IMG/VR virus record: IMGVR_UViG_3300035698_009139
Length of the DNA stretch: 64,000 nucleotides
Source of the DNA: a virus
Reading direction: 5' to 3' (one strand)
Shown one piece after another: positions 10,098 to 19,745 of this stretch (positions are counted from its first letter, which is position 1; the number at the start of each line of letters is the position of its first letter). The translations under genes and the position numbers were made by a program. The notes under the pieces were generated by a model, which worked only from the letters and a program-made list of their open reading frames with translations, searched no databases and was not told where the DNA came from.

Positions 10098-10679
10098 ATG
10101 AATTTTCTACCAATACAGAAGATGTCGGCTGATAAACTGGTTTTTGCTATGTGTGCTAAATATGCTAAACCTAACGGTCTTGGCTTCTCTATAGAGAAGC
10201 ATGAGGTGGGGCTAGACGTTGAAGCCAATATGTCGAAAGCCGTATCCCAATTGATGCAAGAAAAGTTTGAAATGTTGGACCGGCCAGTTGATATGAAGTG
10301 GAACCCACCACATCACAACAAATGGCAGAAGATCATCCGCATCATTCGAGGCACAGGAGATGATATACATCCACTTAATCATGCCATACACCGCGCGGGC
10401 AACAAAATTGCGAAGCGGACACGAAGGGGTATAGGTAATGTGTTGATTTATAATCCGGGTTGGACACATTACGGAATGGAATCCTCTCTGACTGGCACCC
10501 CGGTCACAAAGATCCGCCACCCACTATGCCCTCTTGATAAAATGCTCTTGTTGTATATGGGAGAGAATGATTTCGATGCTGGTTATATGTACGTGGAAGG
10601 AAGTGGGTTGTTTAAGCAACCTGATAGATTTTGCAAAGCAGAAGATTATGGCATGTGGATCCAGCTAGACAATGGTTGA
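10098..10679 (+). CDS. Condensed paralogue of T4-type major capsid protein gp23
   Basis: Collinear gp23-like motifs: IQKM..VFAM..Y, GFSIEK, IAKRTRRGIGN, YMGENDFDAGYMY. Confidence 0.7.
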   Translation: MNFLPIQKMSADKLVFAMCAKYAKPNGLGFSIEKHEVGLDVEANMSKAVSQLMQEKFEMLDRPVDMKWNPPHHNKWQKIIRIIRGTGDDIHPLNHAIHRAGNKIAKRTRRGIGNVLIYNPGWTHYGMESSLTGTPVTKIRHPLCPLDKMLLLYMGENDFDAGYMYVEGSGLFKQPDRFCKAEDYGMWIQLDNG

Positions 10680-11262
10680 AATTATTTGGCATCAAAACCC
10701 GCTGAGATCAGAAGTGCTTCTGAACGACAACGACAAGCAGTTGCTCTGGCATAAAGTTAAGATCGAGGAATTGCTGAATGGCATGTGCGGGGCTCACATG
10801 TATATACAAGATGCCCTCAAATCACGTTGGTGGGTACCTGCAGGTATCATAAAGAAGGCCCTCAAAGAGCTGGATTATACTGATGCGATCGATGCCGAAG
10901 TTGATCGAATGACAGAAGTGTGCATCCAAGACTTGAGGGGATGGCATATGGGAGATTGCACTTGTTTCGCAAACAGCTGTGCAAAGTGTCATGCCGAACA
11001 CATGCTAGGAATTGACACCATTAAAGGCTTAGGGAAACATGCTGGGTCCTATGTGTCGTCAGCATTCGACAGCACTGTGCTTGGCGCCCCTGAGCGTACG
11101 ACTGCTGAGGCGATCGACGTGTTGATAAATCGAGACGACTCCGAGAAAACGGACACATGGTCTAATTATTCTGATGAGCAATGGGATAAATTAGTTGCCC
11201 GATGGAACGGGGAACGCAAAGAGGCAATTAAATGGTTAAAGGTCTATCAAGCAAATCTTTAG
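10672..11262 (+). CDS. Hypothetical protein with a Cys/His cluster
   Basis: HMGDCTC..SCAKCHAE; overlapping start/stop. Confidence 0.6.
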   Translation: MVEIIWHQNPLRSEVLLNDNDKQLLWHKVKIEELLNGMCGAHMYIQDALKSRWWVPAGIIKKALKELDYTDAIDAEVDRMTEVCIQDLRGWHMGDCTCFANSCAKCHAEHMLGIDTIKGLGKHAGSYVSSAFDSTVLGAPERTTAEAIDVLINRDDSEKTDTWSNYSDEQWDKLVARWNGERKEAIKWLKVYQANL

Positions 11263-11264
11263 TA

Positions 11265-11492
11265 ATGCCCGTGTGTGACACTAAACGTCACTTGGTGTGC
11301 TACCCATACAATAAACAAAACCTGCATTTAATGGCCAAGGTTATGGGCATAGGCCGACACTGGTTTCACAAAGACCACTATGATATACCGAAAAGACGGC
11401 GACCAGAAATAGAATCTAAATGCTTCAAGGTGAGTAGCAAAGAGATCGTACAAATAATAAAAGGCGGAGAGCTAGAATGGCTAAAGATCTAA
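11265..11492 (+). CDS. DUF4031-like protein
   Basis: LHLMA..MGIGRHWFH.DHYDIP motif. Confidence 0.6.
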   Translation: MPVCDTKRHLVCYPYNKQNLHLMAKVMGIGRHWFHKDHYDIPKRRRPEIESKCFKVSSKEIVQIIKGGELEWLKI

Positions 11493-12448
11493 AACTAACA
11501 GACGAACGCAATTACTTTAAGCCATTCCATTATCCTTGGGCGTACGATGCATGGTTAATGCACGAGCAAAGTCACTGGTTGCACACGGAAGTTCCTATGC
11601 TGGATGACGTCAAAGACTGGCGCCTGCGTCTGTCAGATGCTGAGAAGCATTTCCTAACTCAGATCTTCCGCTTCTTCACTCAGGGTGATATTGACGTAGC
11701 TGATGGGTACGTCAATAATTTTCTGCCGTACTTCCCGCAGCCAGAAGTCCGTATGATGCTCGTAGGGTTCGCTGCACGAGAAGCTCTGCATATTGCTGCA
11801 TACAGCCACCTAATCGAAACATTGGGAATGCCAGAAAGCACGTACAGTGAGTTCTCCGAATACAAGGAGATGCAGAACAAGCACGATTACATTCAGAAGC
11901 TAAGTGGTAAGAGCGCCAAGAATGTGGCGCAACAGATTGCAGCGTTCTCAGCATTCACAGAAGGGATGCAACTGTTCAGCTCATTCATCATGCTGCTGAA
12001 TTTTCCTCGCCACGGCAAGATGAAGGGTATGGGGCAAATCATCACTTGGTCAATCGTTGATGAGACGATGCACGCCGAGTCAATGATCAAGCTGTTCCGA
12101 ACATTCATTGAAGAGAATAAAGATATTTGGAACGACGAGCTGAAAGGCGAGATCTACTCCATTGCAGAGAAAATGGTCAGCCTGGAAGACGAGTTCATCG
12201 ACCTAGCATTCAAGATGGGGTCGGTGGAGAATCTGACGGCCGATGAAGTCAAGAAGTACATCAGGTACATCGCCGACCGTCGATTGATTTCACTGGGGAT
12301 GAAAGGCATCTTCCACGTAAGAACGAACCCGTTGCCATGGGTTGAAACAATGATTAATGCACCCACGCATACGAACTTCTTTGAGAACAGGGCAACGGAT
12401 TATGCTAAGGGTGCGTTGGAAGGTGACTGGGGAGAGGTGTGGGCGTAA
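11477..12448 (+). CDS. nrdB: Ribonucleotide reductase class Ia beta subunit
   Basis: EALHIAAY, FTEGMQLFSSF, DETMH, NFFENRATDY. Confidence 0.97.
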   Translation: MAKDLKLTDERNYFKPFHYPWAYDAWLMHEQSHWLHTEVPMLDDVKDWRLRLSDAEKHFLTQIFRFFTQGDIDVADGYVNNFLPYFPQPEVRMMLVGFAAREALHIAAYSHLIETLGMPESTYSEFSEYKEMQNKHDYIQKLSGKSAKNVAQQIAAFSAFTEGMQLFSSFIMLLNFPRHGKMKGMGQIITWSIVDETMHAESMIKLFRTFIEENKDIWNDELKGEIYSIAEKMVSLEDEFIDLAFKMGSVENLTADEVKKYIRYIADRRLISLGMKGIFHVRTNPLPWVETMINAPTHTNFFENRATDYAKGALEGDWGEVWA

Positions 12449-12693
12449 GACATTTTGTAAAGTGGCCGCTTAGATTATTCGTTTGGAAGTGGTCTGCTCT
12501 TCTTTTAAAACTAGCAGGGTTCCCTTCTCTTTTAACTAGATATAAAATTGCGAAGGTGCGGAGAGATTTCATGCGCGGACTGCGCAGAGTGTATCCCGGC
12601 CTGGTTGCTGAAGAATTGATAGGTGTTCAACCAATGACAAAGGATGCCGGCCAAATATTTACAATGAGGGTTAAAAACAATGTACGTGATTAA
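12439..12693 (+). CDS. Small protein carrying a gp23 Gol-peptide-like segment
   Basis: RRVYPGLVAEELIGVQPMTKDAGQIFTMR versus T4 gp23 RRAIPNLIAFDICGVQPMNSPTGQVFALR (recalled). Confidence 0.7.
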   Translation: MGVRHFVKWPLRLFVWKWSALLLKLAGFPSLLTRYKIAKVRRDFMRGLRRVYPGLVAEELIGVQPMTKDAGQIFTMRVKNNVRD

Positions 12694-13207
12694 TATGTTC
12701 GGCGGACCGGGCAGCGGCAAGAGTACAACTGCTGCAGGCCTGTTCCATTTGATGAAGTTGAAGAAATATAATGTTGAGCTAGTAACAGAGTACGCAAAAG
12801 ATTTGACGTACGAAGGCCGGTTCACTACACTGAAAAATCAGCTATATGTAACAGGGTGTCAGTTCCAGCGAATGGAGCGGATGAGAGATAAGGTTGATTT
12901 CTTAATCACTGATAGTCCGATGTTGTTTGGCTTGATGTATGCCCCACCAGAATACCCACAATCATTCCGGAACATGGTCGTCGACTTTCACAATATGTTC
13001 AACAACATCAATGTGATGATAGGCCGGTCTAAGGAGTACACGCCACTTGGCCGAAACCACAATGAAGAGCAAGCTCGGTGGTTAGACAAAGAATGCTTAG
13101 AAATACTCCACCATAAGAAAATCAGGCCCGGCAACTACATCAAGGTGGATGGAGATCCCGACGCGGCCGCAAATATCCTGAAAGCAGTTGAGGCGAAGAA
13201 ACTATGA
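12680..13207 (+). CDS. P-loop kinase/ATPase (NadR/AAA_28-like)
   Basis: GGPGSGKST Walker A, EYAKDL, ITDSP. Confidence 0.75.
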   Translation: MYVINMFGGPGSGKSTTAAGLFHLMKLKKYNVELVTEYAKDLTYEGRFTTLKNQLYVTGCQFQRMERMRDKVDFLITDSPMLFGLMYAPPEYPQSFRNMVVDFHNMFNNINVMIGRSKEYTPLGRNHNEEQARWLDKECLEILHHKKIRPGNYIKVDGDPDAAANILKAVEAKKL

Positions 13208-13716
13208 ACAAGTGGGACCGCCGATATCTTAGCTTGGCCCTATTCGTCAGCACTTGGTCGAAAGATCCAAGTACTCAAACTGGTGCAGTAATTATCCGAC
13301 CAGACAATAGTATTGCATCTATCGGGTTCAATGGATTCCCTCGCGGCGAAAATGACGACCCTGAGCTGTATTTGGACAGAGATTATAAATACAAAAACAT
13401 CATCCATGCCGAGATCAACGCCATAGGGAACGCTAATGAAGATGTTGATGGATACACATTGTATCAGTGGCCCGGATACAGTTGCTCGGATTGCGCAACT
13501 GTTATTAGAGATCATGGCCTTGCCCGTGTGGTTAATTTTGAACCGACAAAAGATTTTATCGACAGGTGGGGCGAAGAGTTTGACAGGGCGTCAGTAATAT
13601 TCAAAGTCAGTCGCATCCAAGTTGATTTGATAGAGCGAACTCTTCTGTTCAATATGCTGGAATCCGTAACACTTAGCATGCAACAATTGACGAAGACGGC
13701 GATCAAGTACATGTAA
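13204..13716 (+). CDS. dCMP deaminase
   Basis: WSKDPSTQTGA, GFNGFPRG, HAEINAI, CSDC. Confidence 0.9.
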   Translation: MNKWDRRYLSLALFVSTWSKDPSTQTGAVIIRPDNSIASIGFNGFPRGENDDPELYLDRDYKYKNIIHAEINAIGNANEDVDGYTLYQWPGYSCSDCATVIRDHGLARVVNFEPTKDFIDRWGEEFDRASVIFKVSRIQVDLIERTLLFNMLESVTLSMQQLTKTAIKYM

Positions 13717-13776
13717 AGAATCATCCTATTTGCCATAATTACCCATAGCAGGGAATTAGAATGATAGGATGCACTA

Positions 13777-14223
13777 GTGAGTTACGACAACCCTTGGACG
13801 TTTAATGGACAACTTTTTGACACAGATCAGATCAACAAATCCGAAGGATTCGTTTATATGGTCATCAACCAGCAGACGGGCCAAAAATACATCGGGCGAA
13901 AATACTTCTTTGAAATACGAAAGGTTCGTGGTAAGCTACGACGTCAACGTAGAGAAAGCAATTGGAAATCTTACTACGGCTCAAGTGAACGCATTAAAGC
14001 TGATATCGAAGAGATTGGACGAGAAGCTTTCTTACGCACTATACTATCCATACACAAGACACGAGGCGACTGCAACTATGCCGAGGTACGAGAACAATTT
14101 TCTCACAACGTGTTGGAATCCGAAGGCTACTACAACGACAACATATCAGGCAAGTGGCATAATAAACCTCTGCATATCATAGAAGGAAGACGTATATCTA
14201 ATGGATCAATCTTCATTACCTGA
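13777..14223 (+). CDS. GIY-YIG family endonuclease-like protein
   Basis: GFVY..KYIGRK, WKSYYGSS, YYNDNI. Confidence 0.75.
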   Translation: MSYDNPWTFNGQLFDTDQINKSEGFVYMVINQQTGQKYIGRKYFFEIRKVRGKLRRQRRESNWKSYYGSSERIKADIEEIGREAFLRTILSIHKTRGDCNYAEVREQFSHNVLESEGYYNDNISGKWHNKPLHIIEGRRISNGSIFIT

Positions 14224-14794
14224 ACACCTCGGCGGCCATATGAATAAGACCCATGTGGATGGAGGCGCTCTTCGTCTACTGAGAAAGAAATTCAATATTG
14301 AAACAATGCTCGACATTGGCTGTGGCACCGGGGGAATGGTGGAGCTGGCTGATAGTTTAGGCATACAAGCGGAAGGAGTAGATGGTGACTTCACATTGGC
14401 GAAGCAGTGGGAACAAGCGAACATATTCGTCCACGTCCACGATTTCAGCAAAGGACCGCCAAACCTATACGAAGGCACCCAATATGATCTCGGCTGGTCT
14501 GTCGAATTTCTTGAACATGTTGAGCAGCAGTATATGGATAATTATTTTGCTTTCTTTAATGTGTGCCGGTATGTTGTATGTACTGCTGCGCCGCCTGGTT
14601 GGGCAGGACACCACCACGTAAATTGCCAGACCAAAGAATATTGGATTGAAGAATTCTCGAAGCGCGGCTTTTCATTCGATCAACAGATGACTGATGATAT
14701 TCATAAAGCATCAACAATGACTAAGCCGTTTATGGCGCAGACAGGGATGTTTTTCGAAAACAAAAGCAAGATTTGGCCCGACATAGATGATTAA
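14201..14794 (+). CDS. Class I SAM-dependent methyltransferase
   Basis: LDIGCGTG, SVEFLEHV, GHHHVNCQ..YW. Confidence 0.85.
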   Translation: MDQSSLPEHLGGHMNKTHVDGGALRLLRKKFNIETMLDIGCGTGGMVELADSLGIQAEGVDGDFTLAKQWEQANIFVHVHDFSKGPPNLYEGTQYDLGWSVEFLEHVEQQYMDNYFAFFNVCRYVVCTAAPPGWAGHHHVNCQTKEYWIEEFSKRGFSFDQQMTDDIHKASTMTKPFMAQTGMFFENKSKIWPDIDD

Positions 14795-15566
14795 TGTTCG
14801 TGGTGCATTAGGCACCCAAGTGATTGAATTACTAGCTGCACTGGCCCGCCTTGCTGAGAATGGTGAGAAGATTGAGAACAGAAGTTCTGGGTGGCGGCCA
14901 TCGTCATATGGGTTATCACGAGAAACGAGCTCAGCCATACCACAAGCCCCGGCGTGGTTCATCAATATCAATGCTGGTGGCGATGTAGTGGACACCGTCC
15001 GTGAAGACTATTTAAGTCAGTTGATATGCAATGTAAGCTGTACGGTTGATCTGAACGGGACTAAGAAAACTGGCGGTTGGAATGTTGAAGACTTCCGGCT
15101 GATCAAAAAGCACAACGCGGCTATCTGTGATGCGCTGGTGTTCCGTAATATGAACAACAGCGTGTATCTAAAAGAACTGATACACGTTAGAGGCAAGGAT
15201 CGACAACTGATATCGACCAACACGTACATCAAAATGTACGACAAGCTACGGCTGCCAGTTATTGGAGACGACCCGCACATCATAGATATAATGACGTATG
15301 AGGATAACTATATAGGACACGTGCATAGACGTATGGGCATTGACTACACTGCGGCCCAGGATTGGATGACCGTGCTGAATGCAGATGTGGTGCATTGCAG
15401 CATTAGTTCGTTTGTGATCAGTGCACTATTGTTGGACCCAATGAAAGAGGCTCACATCATCCGCCCCACAGAGGGCGCCCCACATAAAGTCAGTTCGCAC
15501 GTGGTCGACGCAGTAGAATTTTTAGCGCAGGAGTGGCCGAATGTTACTTTCGATGAGTTTAAATAG
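14787..15566 (+). CDS. GT11-like fucosyl/colitosyl-transferase
   Basis: RGALGTQ (cf. GGLGNQ), IHVRGKD (cf. HVRRGD), SSF near the C-terminus. Confidence 0.6.
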   Translation: MINVRGALGTQVIELLAALARLAENGEKIENRSSGWRPSSYGLSRETSSAIPQAPAWFININAGGDVVDTVREDYLSQLICNVSCTVDLNGTKKTGGWNVEDFRLIKKHNAAICDALVFRNMNNSVYLKELIHVRGKDRQLISTNTYIKMYDKLRLPVIGDDPHIIDIMTYEDNYIGHVHRRMGIDYTAAQDWMTVLNADVVHCSISSFVISALLLDPMKEAHIIRPTEGAPHKVSSHVVDAVEFLAQEWPNVTFDEFK

Positions 15567-16545
15567 AGCAGTAGTTAAAGGACATTTGTCCAGTGTTGAA
15601 CTCGAAAAGATCCGGCGGATAGAAGCCCCGTTTGCTAAAAGGTATGACGAAGGAACGCTATCGCTCAGTGATCTACCTGCACTGTGGATAGCTACGTGCG
15701 CGACAGCGGCAGTGATTGTTGGCGATAAGTTTTATGGGTTCACACTGAACGGCAGCAAGAACTTATCAGATTCTGATTTGATAGCTGACACAAACATGAA
15801 TGAGAGAGGCCTACACATTATGCGTGTAGTGTATTCCCATTACAACTACATGGCCCGGGCAGGATCTCGAGTGATTCCAACCGGCTTAATGATGTTGAAA
15901 GATTTTCTGCCAGACGACCAACGTAAGAATGTAGCCAGAGACATTGATCTGACCCATTGGTTCTCTAACAAGCAGCCAGACAACATGCCCAGTACTCCGG
16001 CCATTATGCAGATGATTGATTCGAGTGGTATGAAAGAGTTTGTAGCAAGAGCAGCGGGCCTGAAGCCCGATGACAAAGAGTTCCAGGCGAACTACAAAAG
16101 CAACACGTTTATTCAGCGGCTGGTTATTCGCCCAGATGACAATGATGAGCAGAAAGTAGCTCATTCTGATATCTTTTTCCCAGCTGTCAAATTCTGGTAC
16201 TTCCCGGATAGGGTGGAAGACGGCCTCGGCGCATTCAATTACACAACAGGCCACAACAACCAGCTAACATATAAGATGTTGGACATGTTGTACACCATGT
16301 CAGTAGAGGCTTGCTTTGGGACATACGCACCATGGAGAGGCCGCGGTCACGTAGAGGGTAGTTTCCGATTCAGTCCAGAAGAGTTGGCAGAGTGTGGGAT
16401 GTCCTGTGATCCGGTTCCAGTGGAAGCAAATACGTTAGTGATTGCAAATGTGTTCTGGCCGCATCGTCGAGGAGACACAATCAAGAAGGTGACCCGTAGC
16501 GCCATACATGGATCGATAAGAGTGAAGCAACCGTTTAGGAGTTAA
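15553..16545 (+). CDS. 2OG-Fe(II) dioxygenase (PhyH-like)
   Basis: HSD..KFWYF, GAFNY, distal HRRG and R. Confidence 0.65.
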   Translation: MSLNRAVVKGHLSSVELEKIRRIEAPFAKRYDEGTLSLSDLPALWIATCATAAVIVGDKFYGFTLNGSKNLSDSDLIADTNMNERGLHIMRVVYSHYNYMARAGSRVIPTGLMMLKDFLPDDQRKNVARDIDLTHWFSNKQPDNMPSTPAIMQMIDSSGMKEFVARAAGLKPDDKEFQANYKSNTFIQRLVIRPDDNDEQKVAHSDIFFPAVKFWYFPDRVEDGLGAFNYTTGHNNQLTYKMLDMLYTMSVEACFGTYAPWRGRGHVEGSFRFSPEELAECGMSCDPVPVEANTLVIANVFWPHRRGDTIKKVTRSAIHGSIRVKQPFRS

Positions 16546-16548
16546 ATT

Positions 16549-17568
16549 ATGAAGGCGTTTATTACAGGAATCACCGGCCAAGATGGATCGTATCTGGCTG
16601 AGTTACTTCTGGCCAAGGGCTACGAGGTACATGGAATGAAGCGGAGGTCATCTTCATTCAACACCGCACGCATCGACCACATCTTTGATGACCTCCATTT
16701 GCATTATGGAGACATGACAGACTCAGTAGCCTTGTCCCGCCTGGTCAAGGAAATTCAACCAGATGAAGTATACAACCTGGCTGCACAGAGTCACGTTGCG
16801 GTTAGCTTCGAGTCACCAGACTACACGGCAACGTGTGATGCGCTGGGTACACTGCGGCTACTGGAGGCTATCAGAGCAGCATCACCAACCCCATTCATTC
16901 GGACCAAATTCTATCAAGCGTCAACGTCTGAGCTGTTTGGTAATTCACCAGCACCTCAGAATGAAGAGACCAGGTTTGCACCAGAGAGTCCGTACGGTAC
17001 CGCTAAGTTATATGCATACCACATCACAAAGAACTATCGCACGGCGTATAATATGTTCGCGGTTAACGGTATTCTATTTAACCACGAGAGTCCCCGCCGA
17101 GGAGAGACATTCGTCACACGTAAAGTGACGATGGCTGTTGCAGAGTATGCTAGGTTCTCACCCTGGCCCTCCCCAGCCAGCTGGAATCCAATACAGTTAG
17201 GCAACACGACTGCTAAAAGAGATTGGACGCATGCGAAGGACATGGTGGAAGGTATGTGGATGATGCTGCAACGATCTGATCCTGCTGATTTTGTTATGGG
17301 GTCCGGCAAGAGCCATACTATTCGTGAATTGGTGGATGTGGCTTTCCAATGCATTGGCGTCAAAACTAGATGGAATGAGGCCGGGAATTGTTATGATAAT
17401 AATTCAGGCACAATGCTGGTACAAACGAATGCTAGATATAAACGTCCGAATGAGGTATGGAACCTACAGTCAGATCCTTCGAAAGTGAAAGAGGATCTCG
17501 GATGGGAACCAAAGATTTCATTCAAACAGCTTATCGCAGAAATGGTACAGGCAGATTATGACAGTTAA
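16549..17568 (+). CDS. gmd: GDP-mannose 4,6-dehydratase
   Basis: GITGQDGSYLAELLL, YNLAAQSHV, QASTSELFG, NHESPRRGETFVTRK. Confidence 0.97.
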   Translation: MKAFITGITGQDGSYLAELLLAKGYEVHGMKRRSSSFNTARIDHIFDDLHLHYGDMTDSVALSRLVKEIQPDEVYNLAAQSHVAVSFESPDYTATCDALGTLRLLEAIRAASPTPFIRTKFYQASTSELFGNSPAPQNEETRFAPESPYGTAKLYAYHITKNYRTAYNMFAVNGILFNHESPRRGETFVTRKVTMAVAEYARFSPWPSPASWNPIQLGNTTAKRDWTHAKDMVEGMWMMLQRSDPADFVMGSGKSHTIRELVDVAFQCIGVKTRWNEAGNCYDNNSGTMLVQTNARYKRPNEVWNLQSDPSKVKEDLGWEPKISFKQLIAEMVQADYDS

Positions 17569-18796
17569 TTATCCACTCGCTATGAATCAATGGCATCCAG
17601 CTTCCGTCGAAAAGGGCGTAGAGGTTTTACGAAGTGGTATGTGCACGATGGGGGAGCAGACGTGGATCTTTGAGCAAGATTTTGCGGCGTTCCATGACGT
17701 CAATCACGCAATAATGGTCAACAGCGGCAGTAGTGCAAATCTGATTGCATTGGCCGCCCTAGTTGAATTGGATGTAATCGGGCCCGGCGATAAGATTGCC
17801 GTTCCTGCAGTCAGTTGGAGCACTACATACTTTCCGTTGCTGCAACTGGGTCTAGTGCCTTGCTTCGTTGATGTTGATGCTGTCACAATGAATGTCAATG
17901 TTGATAAGCTGGCCAATTACTTCAATGCAAACCCGGACATCATCGCCATGTTTGCAGTCAACGTGTTGGGATGCCCGAGTGATCTGGTTGGCCTGGTTGA
18001 TTTGTGCCTCGAACACGATGTCATATTGTTTGAAGACAATTGTGAGAGTTTGGGAGCCACCTACGCTCATGGCAAGCGGGCTGGAACTGCCGGCTGGTTT
18101 GGCACATCCAGCTTTTTCTACAGCCATCACATCAGCACAATAGAGGGTGGGATGATTGTAACAAACGATGATGCAATCGCCGCAACGTGTCGGTCACTTA
18201 GAGCTCATGGCTGGTTGAGGGATTCAGATATGGACGCTATGTATGAAGCCACACAAGAGCAGTGCTTCGACCGCGATCAGTATGACGATTTCAAGTTCGC
18301 ATTCACATTTGCAACTCAAGGATACAGCGTCCGCCCGACCGATGTGTCCGCTGCGATCGGCCGAGAAGAGTTGAAGCACTTGCCTTCGTATCTGCACGCC
18401 CGAGCCGTCAACCGAGCCAAGTTCCGCAAGAAATTCGATAACCACCCAGATGTTATGATCCAGCGGAAATCCCATATGTTTGATATGCCGTCATGGTTTG
18501 GGCTTGCAATGGTGACTAGAGGGAAGTTAACACATAGGCGGATGCGACTATATGATGAGCTGAAGAAACGGGGTATTGCCTCCCGCCCAATCATCGCAGG
18601 AGACTTTACCAGACAGCCAGTGATGAGAAGGTTGCGGCCAGACCAAGACTTCAAGATTGCACCGCATCTGTTCCTGTCATCCAGCGGCACAGATTATATT
18701 GATAAGCACGGGTTGTATGTTGGCTGCTTCAACCACATTATGGACGATGATTTATTTGAAGCAGTAGAGGATGCAATCGATGCGGCCGGAAAATAA
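17558..18796 (+). CDS. colD: PLP-dependent GDP-4-keto-6-deoxymannose 3-dehydratase (ColD-type, DegT family)
   Basis: VNSGSSANL, EDNCESLGA, SFFYSHHISTIEGG with His where aminotransferases have the catalytic Lys. Confidence 0.8.
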   Translation: MTVNYPLAMNQWHPASVEKGVEVLRSGMCTMGEQTWIFEQDFAAFHDVNHAIMVNSGSSANLIALAALVELDVIGPGDKIAVPAVSWSTTYFPLLQLGLVPCFVDVDAVTMNVNVDKLANYFNANPDIIAMFAVNVLGCPSDLVGLVDLCLEHDVILFEDNCESLGATYAHGKRAGTAGWFGTSSFFYSHHISTIEGGMIVTNDDAIAATCRSLRAHGWLRDSDMDAMYEATQEQCFDRDQYDDFKFAFTFATQGYSVRPTDVSAAIGREELKHLPSYLHARAVNRAKFRKKFDNHPDVMIQRKSHMFDMPSWFGLAMVTRGKLTHRRMRLYDELKKRGIASRPIIAGDFTRQPVMRRLRPDQDFKIAPHLFLSSSGTDYIDKHGLYVGCFNHIMDDDLFEAVEDAIDAAGK

Positions 18797-19745
18797 AAAG
18801 GAGTCCGTCACAGATAATGAGAACGTTGTTGTATTGGGTACTGGCGGCCTTGTAGGAGGGGCGATCGCCAGAAAGCTTCCACACGCAACGTGGGTCAGAG
18901 GGCGCGAGGACTGTGATTTAACTAAAGCATATGCTGTCGATGATTTAATGGTCGATCTGCAGCCAGACGTTGTGATACATGCAGCAGGCAATGTCGGTGG
19001 TATCTGGAAGAACATTGACGACCTCGCAGGGGATATGTACTACGACAATCTAGTGATGGGCGTCAATGTTATGAGAGCCTGTGAGACGTACGATGTGGGT
19101 AAGGTGATTAACATTGGTACATCATGTATGTACCCCATCAACGCGATCCAGCCGTACAAAGAAGAAGATCTGAAACCGGGACTTCTAGAGCCTACAAACC
19201 AAGGATATGCATTAGCCAAACTCGCTGTTGCGGAAATGGCCAAAGCGATTGATGCGAAGCCCGACACAGGTAAGTATGTTACAGTGATACCTCCTAACGT
19301 ATATGGGCCCGGCGATAACTTTGATCCAGTAACGGGCCATGTAATGGCGGGGATGATCCATCGAATATGCTTGGCTAAAATGAACAAATCCGAGACAGTA
19401 TCGCTGTATAATTCTGGATGGGTTCAACGAGAGTTCATCCATTGCGATGATTTAGCTGATGGGATCATCAATGTAATTGATCACTATGAAGATACTTTAC
19501 CTATCAACGTCGGCCCCGGTTGGGATCATAATTTATGGAACGTTGCAATGATGATTGCGGGTGTGGTTGGTTGGCATGGACGATTCACTGATAATGATTT
19601 CAGCGGCAAGGACACGTCGGGCGCAAAACGGAAATTGATGGACTGCACCAAGTACCAATCGATGTTTGGTGATCATATTAAAGATGCATCAATGTCTAGC
19701 CATTTGACCAGATTAATTCTGGGGAAGGAACCATACGAACTATGA
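18771..19745 (+). CDS. GDP-L-fucose/GDP-L-colitose synthase (epimerase-reductase, Fcl/ColC)
   Basis: GTGGLVG, HAAGNVGGI, GTSCMYP, LEPTNQGYALAK, NVYGPGDNF, REFIHCDD. Confidence 0.9.
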   Translation: MQSMRPENKKESVTDNENVVVLGTGGLVGGAIARKLPHATWVRGREDCDLTKAYAVDDLMVDLQPDVVIHAAGNVGGIWKNIDDLAGDMYYDNLVMGVNVMRACETYDVGKVINIGTSCMYPINAIQPYKEEDLKPGLLEPTNQGYALAKLAVAEMAKAIDAKPDTGKYVTVIPPNVYGPGDNFDPVTGHVMAGMIHRICLAKMNKSETVSLYNSGWVQREFIHCDDLADGIINVIDHYEDTLPINVGPGWDHNLWNVAMMIAGVVGWHGRFTDNDFSGKDTSGAKRKLMDCTKYQSMFGDHIKDASMSSHLTRLILGKEPYEL

